This document shows positions 37,517 to 51,050 of a stretch of 64,000 bases of DNA, piece after piece; within the stretch, counting starts at the first letter, position 1; each line of letters starts with the position of its first letter. The stretch comes from Octopus sinensis (Eukaryota): assembly GCF_006345805.1 (NCBI RefSeq), contig NC_043020.1, positions 31,000,001 to 31,064,000 of the forward strand, read 5' to 3'. The position numbers were made by a program, and so were the translations under genes. The notes under the pieces were generated by a model. The model worked only from the letters and a program-made list of their open reading frames with translations. It was not told the DNA's origin and did no database searches.

Positions 37517-38101
37517 GGGGGTTCGTTTCTTAGACTCAAGGCAATTCTGATGAAATAAACTTAAAATCAGAAGCATTCAAGCTAGGATAATCCCGTCTAT
37601 TTGGGGATTATCTAATATTACATTATCCAGTATATCCTTTGTAGTTTTAGGGTGTCATTTAATGAAAATGTGTCTCCTATTTTTAGCAGTTTGAGCTACA
37701 ACATACAAGGTCTTTCATTGGTCTGACTACCATTTAGAAATGGTTATAACTCGGAGAAAAAAATGGAAAGCAGCTTCATTTTAGCCACTGGTTTTTTAAA
37801 ATAAACCCTTTAATTGAATGACAAGAATATAATGATGATTAAACATTAATTATTTCTACTTATTTAATCAAGATTCAAATTATATATGAATAGAATAAAG
37901 TATTTTTTATTCCTTTTAAATGATGCAATCTTAAACATGAAGATTTTCAATTGGTTTGATGCAGCTACAGATAAAATCAATATCTGTAAAAAGTTTACTT
38001 TCCAACCACATGGTTCTGGGCAAGTGTCTTCTGCTACAGCTCTGGCATGACCAAAGCATTATAAATGGATGGAATCTAAAAGAAGCTCTTTTTTTTGTAT
38101 A

Positions 38102-38132
<31 letters not shown>

Positions 38133-39468
38133 TACTTTATCCTTGCCTTGACATTACATGATAGATATAAATGATTATTACCATCATGCAAATGGTGCCC
38201 TCCCTTTCCAATCTTCCATAAAAGCATGCCTTGTCATGGGAAAATATTACTTTACTTGGTAATAAGTGAGAGTTGATGACAGGAAGCACATCCAGCCATG
38301 GAAAATCCACTTCAACAAATTCCATCTAACCTATGTGAACATTAAAACAATGATGGTGATGATGATGTTGTACAATTCCAAATTGTTTTAGTCTATATTT
38401 AATAGAAGTAACACCAATGTGCCTTCAAAATGTTAAAGGCAATTCTTTTCTTGAACTTCAGAAACAAATGGTTACTGTATCCATTCTACCAGTAGTTTTT
38501 CATGACTATGACGATCAAAGACAGGCAGTGGACAGCTACTAGTTTCAGTGAAGAAGTACATAGGATGCTGAGCGACAGTTATTGCTTAAAAAGTTCGTTG
38601 TTGCTTATGTAGTTGAACACTTCTCAATGTTGTTAACAACATATTTTTACAGGAAGAAAAGAAAGAAAAAAGCATTAAAATTATAAAAGATCAAATTATT
38701 GAGATGAAAAAACCCATCACTACCTCACCAAGGACACAAAGAAAAAGTGGAGGGAATGAAGCATCAGAAGATGGTGTGAGGAAGGAATAAGGAACAGTGG
38801 CATACGGGGGTGGTGGTTGTGTTGGGTGTGCTGCTGCCACACCCATTGCCACCTTATTCCAAGCAGTGGGTATAACAAAAGTTTTCCTTTAAGACTTGTG
38901 ATTAAATTAAAGAGTAAGGTTAATTATTTATAATGACTTTACCATTTCCGATGGATGTGCAGTGCACACTTAGCACACCTAGAATATACTCCACTGATAA
39001 TGAGTTGTAGACCCCCAGAACAAATGGTGTGTTTACCTATGTCCTACAGTCAATGGCGTTGCCTTGGAGAATGGCCAGTGACACTCATTGCAACAGCTAC
39101 TCCACCTCATGGGTTTCATTTCTCAAATAGACTGCAGTTGTCTCAAATTATGAGGAGGAAATTAGCTGTTTAGGGTCCAAGAACATCTGACTTCTTGATG
39201 GTGACTGGCACAAACTGACGGCAGATTGTCAGGCTCCTCTATTTGTTTGTCTTCCTCTCCTCTGTGTTATGAGTGGCCATATCTGGCTTTGTGGCCAACG
39301 TAATAAGGTTGCAGCTGGAGAACCTGTTGCAGCATTATCATAAAATTAAAATGAATAAGAAAAAAATTCTCCATGACTTTTCTGATGGTAAGCTTTTTTT
39401 TATTTACCTTTCATGTCTGGCCTTAGGATGATAAAAAATTAAATGGTTACTACTAGTTTGCTTACAAG

Positions 39469-39855
39469 TACAGGCTCGGCCATATGGATAAGAAACTTGC
39501 TTCCCAAGCATGGGGCTTGGGGTTCAGTCCTACTGTACTGCACCTTGTACAAGTGTCATCTATTACAGACCTAGGCTGACAAATACCTTGTGAATAGAAT
39601 AAGTGCCTGGAAACTGAATGAAAGAACACTGTATGAGTGTGTGCAAGTGTGTGTGTGTGTACCTGTTTTGTACCTCCACTGCTTAATGACTTCTGTTGGT
39701 TTGTTTATGACCCTGTAATTTGGTAGTTCAGCAAAAGAAATCAATAGAATTGAATACGTTCCAGACTTTAAGAACATAAGTACTGGGGTAACTTTTGACT
39801 AAAACTTTCAATGCAGTGCTCCAGCCTGGTCCCAGTCCAATGACTGAAACAAATG
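39469..39855 (+). mobile_element. Full-length SINE, diverged
   Basis: GGGTTCAGTCC B box; tail CCAGCCTGGTCCCAGTCCAATGACTGAAAC. Confidence 0.75.
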
Positions 39856-40447
39856 GACTTAGGGTGAATAGTTCTTTTACACTTTTACTTTATTTTGTTT
39901 TTTACTTGTTTCAATCACTGAACTCTGGCCATGTTAGATCACCACTTTGAATATTGAATATTAAAATTAAAATCCATTTTTGCTAAATGTTTAAATTAAG
40001 TGTCATTCATTTTTGTGGCTTTATTAATACTATCAACAATTGTAATGACTTAATTTTTATTATTTTTAAAAATTTATGTAATTTAAAAGTGTAAAATATT
40101 CTTTTTGCTCTTCAAATACAGTTTGAATAGTTAGTGGTTATACAAATAGAAATAATTAATGTTTAATCACAAATATATTCTTATCTTTAAACTAAGTGAC
40201 ACCTCTTTATATAAGATATTTAGAGGAGGATCAATGAGTAGCCTTAGCCATTTTAAAACCTCTCCCACTGCTAAGGTTCTGAATTACATCACCAACTGGA
40301 ATGAGATGACTGGGCACAGCTGTTTGGATACTGGAGATTTGATATGGCTAACTGGGAATTGAATCTGTTTTGGCAACAGTACTTTTTGGTACTAGAGGTA
40401 AACATACATACACACATGCACATGCATGCAGAAATATACAAAGACAA

Positions 40448-40494
<47 letters not shown>

Positions 40495-40867
40495 GGGAGA
40501 GAGAGAGAGAGAGAGAGAATGACAGAAACATTAAAAAAAATCAATGTCGAACTAGCAACGTCAAATAGGTGGCATCACCTAAATGATTGAGCTAAACTGT
40601 TTAATTTTTATGAGCCCTGTGATTTATAAGGTCAGATCCAACATTCCTCTGTAAAAGACTCCAGTCCATTGCAGATGTCTAATACCTATCATCATTTACA
40701 GCAGCAATCTAAGAATTAGACACAAAAATTATCTTCTGAATTTTTTTATACATTTATTTATCATTTTCAATATTTTAATTATTTCATTTATTTACGTATT
40801 GTTGTTTATTAAATTACTGAATTATTTTTTTAATCTATTTCTTATATTTTTTACTTTACTGCAACAG

Positions 40868-40946
40868 TTCAGGAAATGCTTTCTCATCAGAATTTGAAAT
40901 GTTGACCTCTCAAATGAAGTACTCAAAACTGGAAGAACTAAGCTGA
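40868..40946 (+). CDS. Candidate terminal exon of the giant-exon gene
   Basis: Long pyrimidine tract + CAACAG acceptor. Its phase matches the 37362 donor (GA+T=Asp), giving SGNAFSSEFEMLTSQMKYSKLEELS*. Confidence 0.4.
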
Positions 40947-41354
40947 GCCATTGTCAATCATCAGCCATTAGTCTTCATTAATCATCATCTTCACTGATTG
41001 TTGCTGTTGTCACATTTAAAATCTTCACCTCTAAATATAGCAATAACTGTTTTTTATAACTGCTATATATCACACACCTTTATTTATAAATGTATATGTA
41101 AAATATAAATGAATCATTATTAAACTTTTACAAGGAAAAGATTGATAGTGAATTAAAAGTTTTAGTTGGTTCATCTTTGTCAGGAAAAAAAGAAATCAGG
41201 ATTGATAAAGCTATTTCCTGAGTCATATACACTTATGAGGATGGGGTCAGTTATCTGGATTCTGTGGTATATATATTCCTCCTGGGATAGAATACCAGTC
41301 CACAGCATAAATACTCATTTTTGCCAATTGATTGCACTGGAGCAATGAAATGAA

Positions 41355-42244
41355 GTGTGTATGAAGATAGTATGATTCGCTGGATGTGTAATATCAGTGT
41401 GCATACACGACAGAGTGTAGACGCCCTGAGAGAAAAGTTGGGCATAAGAAGCATCAAATGTGGTGTGCGAGAGAGGTGACTGTGCTAGTATGGCCATGTG
41501 TTATGTATGAATGAAGACAGCTGCGTGAGGAAGTGCCACTCCCTAACTGAAGAAGGAACCCGTGGAAGAGGTAGACCCAGGAAGGCATGGGATGAGGTGG
41601 TGAATCATGACCTTCGAACACTGGGTCTCACAGAGGCAATGACAGGAGACCGAGACCTTTGGAGATACACTGTGATTGAGAAGGCACGGCAATTAAAGTA
41701 AGATCGCAGTCACGCATGTCCAGTTCTGTTAAGAATATGCCCGATGCATTGAGCAATATGATATGCTTGAGAAGACCTGTTGAGTCAAGTAAGACCAATA
41801 TTGTAGCTGGGATCAGTCCCTCCTGGCTGGCTCCCATGTTGATGGCACGTAAAAAGCACCATTCGAATGTGGTCGTTGCCAGTATCCCATGACTGACTCC
41901 CATGTTGATGGCACGTAAAAAGCACCATCCGAATGTGGTCGATGCCAGGTCCACCTGACTGGCTCCCGTGCCAGTGGCACGTAAGAAGCACCAACCGATC
42001 GTGACCGATGCCAGTACCCTCTGACTGGCTCCTGTGGCGGTGGCATGTAAAAAGCAGCCACTACACTCTGGAAGTGGTTGGTGTTAGGAAGGGCATCCAG
42101 CTGTAGAAACTTTGCTAGACCAGATTGCAGCCTGGTGCAGCCGCTGGCTCTCCAGACTTCAAGTCAAACCGTCCAACCCATGGAAAACGGACGTTAATCG
42201 ATGATGATGATGATGATGATGATGATGATAATAATAATAATAAT

Positions 42245-42250
<6 letters not shown>
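41355..42250 (+). mobile_element. RTE 3' end with ~5 internal repeat units
   Basis: ORF 41498-41701 (RGRGRPRKAWDEVV..DRDLWRY) plus UTR and (GAT)n(AAT)n tail. Confidence 0.85.
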
Positions 42251-42286
<36 letters not shown>

Positions 42287-42400
42287 CCTGCTCACTTAGC
42301 CAGTGGAGTGGCATCAATTGAAGGCTAAAACAATGCAAAGTGCATTGTGACCAGCGATGTGTAGCTACATCTAATAGCCTGGTCGGTCACGGTGATCACG

Positions 42401-42444
<44 letters not shown>

Positions 42445-42481
42445 CTGTAAATATAATATGGGACAATTATTTGGTAGCCAT

Positions 42482-42542
42482 GATAAAACTCCGAGTTTCG
42501 GATGTCGGGTTGGAATCCCACGCTGGTATCTCTTCAGTTATC
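42482..42542 (-). ncRNA. Type I hammerhead ribozyme motif, family 4
   Basis: rc: GATAA-CTGAAGA-GATACCAGCGTGGGATTCCAACCCGACATCC-GAAA-CTCGGAG-TT|TTATC. Stem III AACTC-G-GAGTT; stem I GATAA/TTATC. Confidence 0.75.
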
Positions 42543-43456
42543 GGGCCATCGAAAAAAAATGCTATGAAAATTACCGTTAAAACAAAGGAAAATTATTGTG
42601 TGATTGACCATTATCCAAACAAAAGAGCTATTTGAATGACCGCTAAGTAAGGGGAGGGAGTAAAGGTAAGGGAGTAAAAATGTTCATAGTAATCGCGTAT
42701 GTGTGCATGCCCATACATACACATGCATGCCTGCACATTCACGTACATGTGCCTATATGTATATGCTCATCCACCCTCACTTGAAACACACACATGCTCA
42801 CCCACACATTCGTCAAAAAATACCTACCTGCATACATGCTCACACACACTAAATAAGAATACTGCTACCATTTAATGATAGTTTCTCAAGTCTTCAAATT
42901 TATTACTGAACAACATGCGTGAGTGATTTGCTCATAGTGATCAAATGCTTGTGCTGCATATGAGCTCTTTATTGAATTGACATTGCCTGTCCAGGTACAC
43001 AGTGTACCACACTTCAGATGTCAAAGTGAACAACAGGAAATGAAATGTTTTGCTCAAGAATACAATGCATCACCCAGTGCAGGAATTGAACTCATGGTTT
43101 TGTGATTGCAAGTGCAACATACAAGCCATGTGAAGTCATGTGGTCTAATGGTTAGTGCTACCATAAAACAGTACTAAAACCCAGGTGTCCTCAAAAACAG
43201 GTCATCATACATGAAAAAACAACAAATCTTCATATTGGTTTCCAAGACCGTTATTTGTCAAAGAGACTCAAATAGCTAAAGATGGCAATCTGTTTTACAG
43301 ACCAAGAACACCAGAAAATGGAGGCTTTCACAAAACCTGAGAAAACATTTGCTCTATGATCACTTTCCCAATTAAGTTAAGTTTTGATACATCAAAAAGA
43401 AAACAACTCTGCCTCACTTTACTGAATCTCATTCCTCTCAAAGTGTTTACAAAACC

Positions 43457-43462
43457 TTTATT
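43457..43462 (-). promoter_or_regulatory. Candidate polyadenylation signal of CFAP96
   Basis: AATAAA on the - strand ~200 nt after the stop, followed by a U/GU-rich tract. Confidence 0.5.
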
Positions 43463-43660
43463 TACTGCTGACAATTTTTACAAACAAGTACACAGCACAT
43501 ATAAAAATATATGAACAATAATAAAATATTACATCCTCACTTTTATTAATTTTATTTTCATTTTTGCAATCATTTCTAAAAGAATTTACAATGCATTCTT
43601 TGAAAATAAGCTTTTCTTTTCGAAACATTATTTATGCCAAACTTTGTGGTGTTTCTTTCC

Positions 43661-43712
43661 TCAGTAAGACATCACTGATTCAATAGTTTTATAGTTCTGA
43701 CTATTCATTGTT
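43661..43712 (-). CDS. CFAP96: CFAP96/C4orf47 last coding exon
   Basis: ttcttgcag| a + TMNSQNYKTIESVMSY*; compare recalled human ALNSKNYKTSSVPSY*. Phase 2 matches the upstream exon. Confidence 0.88.
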
Positions 43713-45149
43713 CTGCAAGAAAACAATATGTATCACAGGATTAATAAAGTTTACATTTTGCTAATATTTTAATTTTTTGTTTATGTGTAACATAATTTTA
43801 TTTCTGTAATTTTTGTTGTTAAAAATCTTAACATTAACCCATTAGCTTTCAGATTACTCTGTCAAATGTAATGCTTATATATATATATTGTTGTGAATTA
43901 ATCAAATATCTCATAGCTGTGAAATTTCAATGATGTAATTGTTCAATTCTAGAATAACATTGTTAGGTAGGTGTGAGAGGTCAGATCTGGCCAGTTTGAA
44001 CATAAAACAAGTAGAATATTTGGACCAGATATAGCTGGTTGAGGCATGATGGCCACAACACACTGACTGGAAGCAGTGAAAGAGTACAGACTAAATGATC
44101 ATGAAGTCAAATATAGTACACACTTGTGTATGCATTTATATACTAATTAAAGAGGAAAGCAAATTTTATGGATGTAAGTTCAAATTGCAGTCACAACCAA
44201 ACAGAAGATACCTGTCCAAAGTGCCATGCTGTAGGATCAAATATGAAAGCTGCAAAATGAACTTCATAACTATACAGCCATGCCTACAAGACATGATCAC
44301 ATCATAAAGAAATTCACTTCCCAATCACATAATTTCAGGTTCAGTCCTACAGCATGGTACCTGGGTCAAGCGTTTTCTACTATAATCCTAGGTCAACCAA
44401 ATATTGGTGACTGAATTTGGTAGATAGAAACTGAAATAAACCTGTGTTAAAACAATGATATGGGAGAGGTGACAGTGATGATGATGATGATGATGATAGA
44501 GCTGTGGACGCTGCAGTTTGGAGTGCAAGCTGTAATTTCAAAAAAGAACCAATATGAAGTAGAGACAACTCTTTAGCCCTGCTCTAGACAATTTCTGTGA
44601 TGCTGGTGACACAATATAATGCCCACACTCCAAAATGGATAGTGATAGGAGAAACCTTGCCGAAGAAGGTAGGAATTGAGTAGTTATGAACAACCTATTT
44701 TGGAAGGCAGTAACTCACAATAAAAACTAATAACAATCCTTTCTACTATAGGCACAAGACATGACATTTTGGGGGACCTTGAGTGCTTGACTGGTACTTA
44801 ATTTATTGATCCTGAATGGATAAAAAGCAAAGTCAACCTTGGCAGAAATTGAACTCAAAACAACGACTGATGAAATGCCACTAAGCGTGTTAATGCTTCT
44901 GTCGGCTTAGTGGTTTAATAAGAAGTAATAATAATAGTTGAAAATTATGGCATAAGGCTAGCAGTAATAGGGGCAGGAGTAAGTTGATTACATCGGCACC
45001 AGCATTCAACTGCTACTTTGATCATGAAATGTTCAGTAACATGAGGACCAAAGAACTGAAGTATTTCGGATTGCAACAAAATTGTGATGTCATAGGAGAG
45101 AAATGTGTCCACATGGATAATGGCACACTTGCATTTAATAATTCTGCAT

Positions 45150-47438
45150 AGAAAAAGGATTGGAGATTCCATTATGAAAGTCTGCTGAACATGGAGAATG
45201 AATGGGAGGAGGAGAACCTACCAAATGTTGACCCAATTGAGGGACCAGCTACCCAAATTGATAGTACCCTGGTAGATAAAGCAATTAGGGATATGAAGAC
45301 AAGGAAAGCCCCTGGCACATATCTGGTGGTGTGGGTTATGGTCTAGTCACCCGTATTGTAAATCAAATAGTTCATGAAGGAGCCATATCCAATAGTGGTG
45401 TAACAGTACCATAGTCAACTGCTACAAAGGTAAAGGTGATGCTTTAGATAGAAATAACTACAGGGGTATCAAATTACTGGATCAGGTGATGAAGGTCACG
45501 GAGAGGATCATAGCCCAACTAATTAGGGAGAGAGTTAGCCTAGATGAGATGGAGTTTGGTTTTGTGTCAGGGAGAAGCACCACTGTTGCTATATTTCTGG
45601 TATGACAACTGCAGGAAAAATACCCAGCTAAGGATAAACCCCTATACTTGGCTTTTGTTGACTTAGAGAAAGCCTTTGACTGAGTCCCCTGATCTCTTAT
45701 CTGGTGGTAAATGTGGAAACTACAGATAGATGAGTGGTTGGTAGGAGCTGTGCAAGCCCTGTACATGGATGCAGTCAATAAGGTGAGGGTTGGCAATGAG
45801 TAGAGTGAGGAATTCTGGGTAGAAGTAGGGGTTCACCAAGGATCAGACCTCAGCCACTTCTTATTCATCATAGTGATCCAGGCAATAACTGGAATTCAAA
45901 ACAGGCTGCCCCTGAGAACTCCTCTATGCTGATGACCTTGCTCTAATAGCTGAGTCACAACCAGAACTAGAGAAGTTTTAGGTGTGGAATCAAAGCCTAG
46001 AATTGAAGGGCCTTAGAGTCAATCTAGCAAAAACTAAAATCCTAGTAAGTAGGAAGGCAGACAAATCACAAACCCCTTCAGGTAGATGGCCCTCCTCAAT
46101 ATGTAGGAAAGGCATAGGTAGAAACTCTACAAGATGTACCCAGTATAAACTATGGACACATAAGAGGTGCAACAATATCAAAGGAAAGTTAACTGAGAAG
46201 ATAGCTTTTGTGTGTGGCAGATGCACAGGGGCAATAAACACTGAAAATGTACAGAAAACAGATTCCATTACATGCCAGGGGAAGAAACTAGAAGTAAGTG
46301 GCCAAGTCTGTAGTGGGGGTGGATGCTCCAAGAGCATAAAATAAGAATAGCCTAGGCAAAGTTCAAAAAGCTCCTACCTCTGCTGATAACAAAGGGCCTC
46401 CAGCTCAGAGTGAAGGGTAGACTGTATGATGCATGTGTGCAAACAGCCATGCTACATGGCAGTGAAACATGGGCTATGACTGCTGAGGACATGCGTAGGC
46501 TTGAAAGAAATGAAGCTAGTATGATCCACTGGATGTGCTTACACTCTGTGCTTACACGACAGAGTGTAAGCACTTCGAGAGAAAAGTTGCATAAGAAGCA
46601 TCAGATGTAGTGTGTAAGAGAGATGAGTGCACTGGCACGGTCATGTGCTGCATATGGACGAGGATAGCTGTGTGAAGAAGTGTCACTGTAACTGTGGAAG
46701 GAACCTGTGGAAGAGGTAGATCCAGGAAGACATGGGATGAGGTGGTGAAACACTATCTTCAAATGTTGGGCCTCACAGAGGCAATGATAGGAGACCGGGA
46801 CGTTTGGAGATAAGCTGTGATTGAGAAGACCTGGTAAGTAAAGTGAGATTGCAGCCGAGGCTGATGCCAGTGTCACATAACCAGCCCATTTGAAAGTACC
46901 CTTGAATCGCCGGACAACACACTGTGCTTGAGGAGGCCTGTCAAGTTAAGGGAAATCACAGTTGTGGCCAATGCCAGTGCTGACACCCGTGCTGGTGGCA
47001 CATAATGAGCACCATTCAAGCATGAGTCGATGCCAGTGCCGCTTGACTGGTTCCCACTTTTGGTGGCATGTAAAAAGCACCATCTGAATGTGGTGGATTC
47101 CATTGTCCCCCAACTGACTCCCATGCTGGTGGATCATAAAAAGCACCTTCCAAACGTGCTTGATGCCAGTACCCCACAACTGGCACCCATTCTGGTGGCA
47201 TGTAAAAAGCAGCATCTGAACATGGTCAATGCCAGTGCCACCTGACAGTCTCCCATGCCAGTGTCACGTGAAAAGCACCCACTACACTCTTGGAGTGGTT
47301 GGCATTAGGAAGGGTGTCCAGCTGTAGAAACCTTGCCAGATCAGACTAGAGCCTGATGCAGCCTACTGGCTTGCTAGTCCTCAGTCAAACCATCCAACCC
47401 ATGCCAGCATGGAAAACGATGATGATGATGATGACAAT

Positions 47439-47469
<31 letters not shown>

Positions 47470-47473
47470 ATGA
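45150..47473 (+). mobile_element. RTE-clade LINE, ~2.3 kb degraded (RT to tail), inside last CFAP96 intron
   Basis: DLEKAFD, VGVHQGS, LLYADDL, then C-terminus, ~7 UTR repeat units and (GAT)n tail. Many stops. Confidence 0.9.
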
Positions 47474-48429
47474 ATGGATGAAAGGCAAAGTCAACCTTGG
47501 TGACATTTTAACTCAGAACATATGAATGGACAAATGCCACTAAGCATTCCGTCTGGTATGTTAATGATTCTGCTAGTTCACTGGTTTAATAAGAACTAAT
47601 ACTTATAAATTAATTTTTAGCCTTGCTGTGGACTGCACAATCTCTCTAGTGACCATCAGTGATATGATAATATACACTAAATCCATGCAGTCAAGTGAAA
47701 GAAATCTTTGAAGACTAATCTAAACTATACAATCATGGGCAAGAAAAAAAATATGGTGGTGGTGGTGGTCATCGTCGTCCTTTGACAAAGTTAAACAACC
47801 AATCCCAACCACTTGGGGTTCATAGTGCAGGTTGTACTACTCACTCTTTCAATCTCTGAATACCAAATGTTGCTCATGAGATCTCTGTGTTTGGGTAATT
47901 TTCCTGAGTCACCCTCTCACCTTTGAACACCAGTCCATCATAAAGTTACCCATTTACAGCTGGATTAATGTGAAATGCAGTGTTTTGCTCAAGAATGAAA
48001 TCACAATCTTATAATTGTGAATGCAACAACCTAATCCTTAGGGCATTCACCTGTACTGATAATGATGGTAATGAGGATCTATGTATGAGGGGTGTGAAAA
48101 TCATTGTGTGTTTGCCAATAAACTTGTGTCAAACAGTATCTTGTGATTTATTCTATGCATGTATTGAATATGTATGTGTGGCAATCATCGTGGGTTTGCG
48201 AATAAACACCTGTGTCAAAACAAAGTGTATTTTACAGTATTTATTCTATGTGTGTCACATCTCTGCAAGCAGTAAAAGGACCTAACCATTCACTAAATAC
48301 AGCTCAATAGACATAATATCCAACAAAGAACCAGGATAGATATAATCGACTTCAACCAATTCCTTGAAAGTGTTTGCCCAAGCATGTCTACAGTCCAAAG
48401 ACAATACCAGCAAAAGTAGTCCTCCTCTA

Positions 48430-48650
48430 CTTCCTCATCAGCATCATTTAACGTCTGTCTTCCATCCTGTCATGGGTTGGATGGTTTGACAGGAGCTGGC
48501 AAGCCAGAGGACTGCACCAAACGATTACTGTCTGTTTTGGCATGGTTTTTATGGTTGGATGCCATTCTTAATGCCAATCACTTTACAATGTGGACTGGTT
48601 GCTTTTTACATGGCACCAGCACCAGTGAGATCTATTTTGGCATGGTTTGC
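48430..48650 (-). mobile_element. RTE-type 3' tail fragment
   Basis: (CAT)n-TTTAACGTC..CATGGGTTGGATGGTTTGAC.. reverse copy of the tail. Confidence 0.7.
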
Positions 48651-48694
48651 ATGGCTAGATAACGATGTATAAAAGAATATTAGTTGTGACTTAC

Positions 48695-48873
48695 TTTAGT
48701 ATATTTTGCTGTAAAATTGAAGTGGTCGGACGAGACTTTTCTTGTTTGAGAGGCACAAACACATTTCCTGATTTGTTGACAACATGTATAGGTCGACCTT
48801 CCTTCACTTTGACATATTCATTCACAGAATGTGTTGGGTATTGATCAAATGTACCAGCCTTCATGCCTCCATC
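48695..48873 (-). CDS. CFAP96: CFAP96/C4orf47 exon (179 nt)
   Basis: ttccag|DGGMKAGTFDQYPTHS..FVPLKQEKSRPTTSILQQNIL+aa|gtaagt; matches recalled human PGGMKAGTFDPYPSHS..KSRPVESI. Confidence 0.95.
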
Positions 48874-49177
48874 CTGGAAGCATTAGAACATCAAAATATC
48901 AAAACATCAAAACATCAAAATATCAATACATCAAAATTTATTTCCTATAAAGAAACAGACTGTAAACGCACAACTGACCTCTAAGCAAGGTTCACACACA
49001 CACATACACACACACACACATGCATGAAAACATTTTTTATCATTTGTTTGTCTCAGCCTTGTAGGGTTTAGGTAAACAAATTGACCTTTTAAAGTTGGGT
49101 ATTTATTCTATTGGTCTCTTTTGCCAAACTGCTAAATTATGGGGGTGTAAACACATTGGCACTAGTTAAGTGGTGAT

Positions 49178-49228
<51 letters not shown>

Positions 49229-49233
<5 letters not shown>

Positions 49234-49463
49234 TAGGATGAAATCCTACTGAGGACAAAATCCCCCCAAAATCCCCCCTGGGATATTGTTCTTGCTTTAC
49301 AATAAAAATATCTTAGGAAAGTGAAATTTTATGAAAAATTTCAAATATTTATTAGTTGATATTTTTGTTAAAATTTGTCCAGTGAGATTTTGTCCTTGGG
49401 GTATTTGTCCTCGGGAGATTTTGTCCCCGGGATTTTGTCCTCAGTGGATTTTGTCCTGATACC
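49229..49463. mobile_element. Small fold-back element with subterminal GGACAAAATC repeats
   Basis: Left ..ACTGAGGACAAAATCCC; right GGGATTTTGTCCTCAGTGGATTTTGTCCTGATACC with several ATTTTGTCC copies. Confidence 0.55.
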
Positions 49464-49689
49464 AACACATACATACAATGGGCTTCTTTCAGCTTTCGTC
49501 TACCAAATCCAATCACAAAACTTTAGTTGCTCTGAGGCTATAGTAGAAAACACTTGCCCAAGGTGCTACACAGTGGGACTGAACCCAGAACTATGAGGTT
49601 GGGAAGCAAACAGCTTACCATGCAGCTATACCTGTACTGTTAGTTTACATTCTCACTAGGAAACGGGACAGCTGGATCATTGTTATTAC

Positions 49690-51050
49690 TAAAACCTTTC
49701 CTGGAGAGGAATATACAACCGAAGCTAGATTAGTGGCTAGTGAATTCAGAATTAAAGCTCGGTACATCTAGAAACAGATGATATGGAGAAGGAAGGTACA
49801 GAAGCTAAAAAACTACACATTTGAGAATAATCTTAGAAATATGACTGTTAGGAGAAGGATTTAAATACATAGAGAAAAGATGACAACTAGGAATTTCTCT
49901 GAAATAACCTGCTTAGGGCTATAAATCCAACATCTGGCTGAGAATTTGGCCCAGCTAAGCTAAAGGTGATGTGTGGGTGGAATGACACCATTAATTGAGT
50001 AATAAAGATCTAAGAGGCAGGTTTGAATAACCTGTAAAGAAGGCGATAGTAGGGAGCATTATCAAAAAGCAAGAGGGTCAGCTGGGCAAGGATATACTTG
50101 GCTATAGGTGAGGCAGAAGGGAAGAGATTTGTGCATGTCCTGCAATTCAGAGATGTGTAAAGGGTTCAGGATTTTGAGATGCCATTGGAGTGATATATAT
50201 TCAAAATGATGAAACATACTCAACACCACTGTGAAAGACAAGAAAGTGGCATTATGAGAGGTTATTATGAGAGGCTAGTGAAAATGAAGAAAGCATGGCA
50301 TAAAGAAGGACTACTGCATGCTGACCCTACTGAAGGTCAGTTTACAGGACTCAATATTCTCTTCAGCCCATCTAACTTATTTCTATGGGAGAAAACTCTT
50401 GTATTCCTCTTGTGTTCTAAGGGGCCCTCAATCACATCTTAAGCAGCTGCTCCAAGGCACTGAGCGAGGTACGTCATCACACAGAAACATGATTAAGTCC
50501 TGAAGACCATCCTTGAGGCAATCAACTAGGGGATTAGCAAGAGCAAAAATATCAGCACTACAGCCAGAAGTATAGTGTTTGTTAAGGAGGGAGAGAAGTC
50601 AATGAAAAGGCTCCAAGGAAATACTTCCCATAGTACAGGACTGGGTGATGGAAGTTGATCAGGAGAAACAGTTGAAATTTTCAGTGCATATGACACAGAC
50701 TTTGCGGAGACCAGATATCATCTTGGTTTTCTAAGTTAAAAAGCAGCTAGTGCTATTGGAGTTAACTATGTCAAAATCAGGAGTCGATGGAGGAGTGTCA
50801 CAAGAACGGGTGGAGAACAAAGTGTCTGTCAGTGAAGGTTAGCAGTTGATGGTTAGCAGGTTGTACTCATAAGTAGGAGCTATAGAAAACTCCAGGCATT
50901 TCAGAAGCTTATAGAAGAATGATCAAGAACAATGTAGAATTGCAGAGAAAGAATCTAGATGGTTCTTGCTGCAAAGAGGTGACTGGTGGGATCAGCAGAA
51001 TGCCTCTTCAATACAGATCTAGGTTTTATCAGCCTAGATTGAGTTACCTG
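49690..51050 (-). mobile_element. Old degraded LINE (CR1/L2-like)
   Basis: Only patchy resemblance to ORF2 text; no intact motif stretch. Confidence 0.4.

Noticed and set aside
38653-38790. Next exon of the giant-exon gene
   Set aside because: In the required phase it gives only KKRKKKALKL*; the longer open frame is out of phase with the 37362 donor. Left unresolved.
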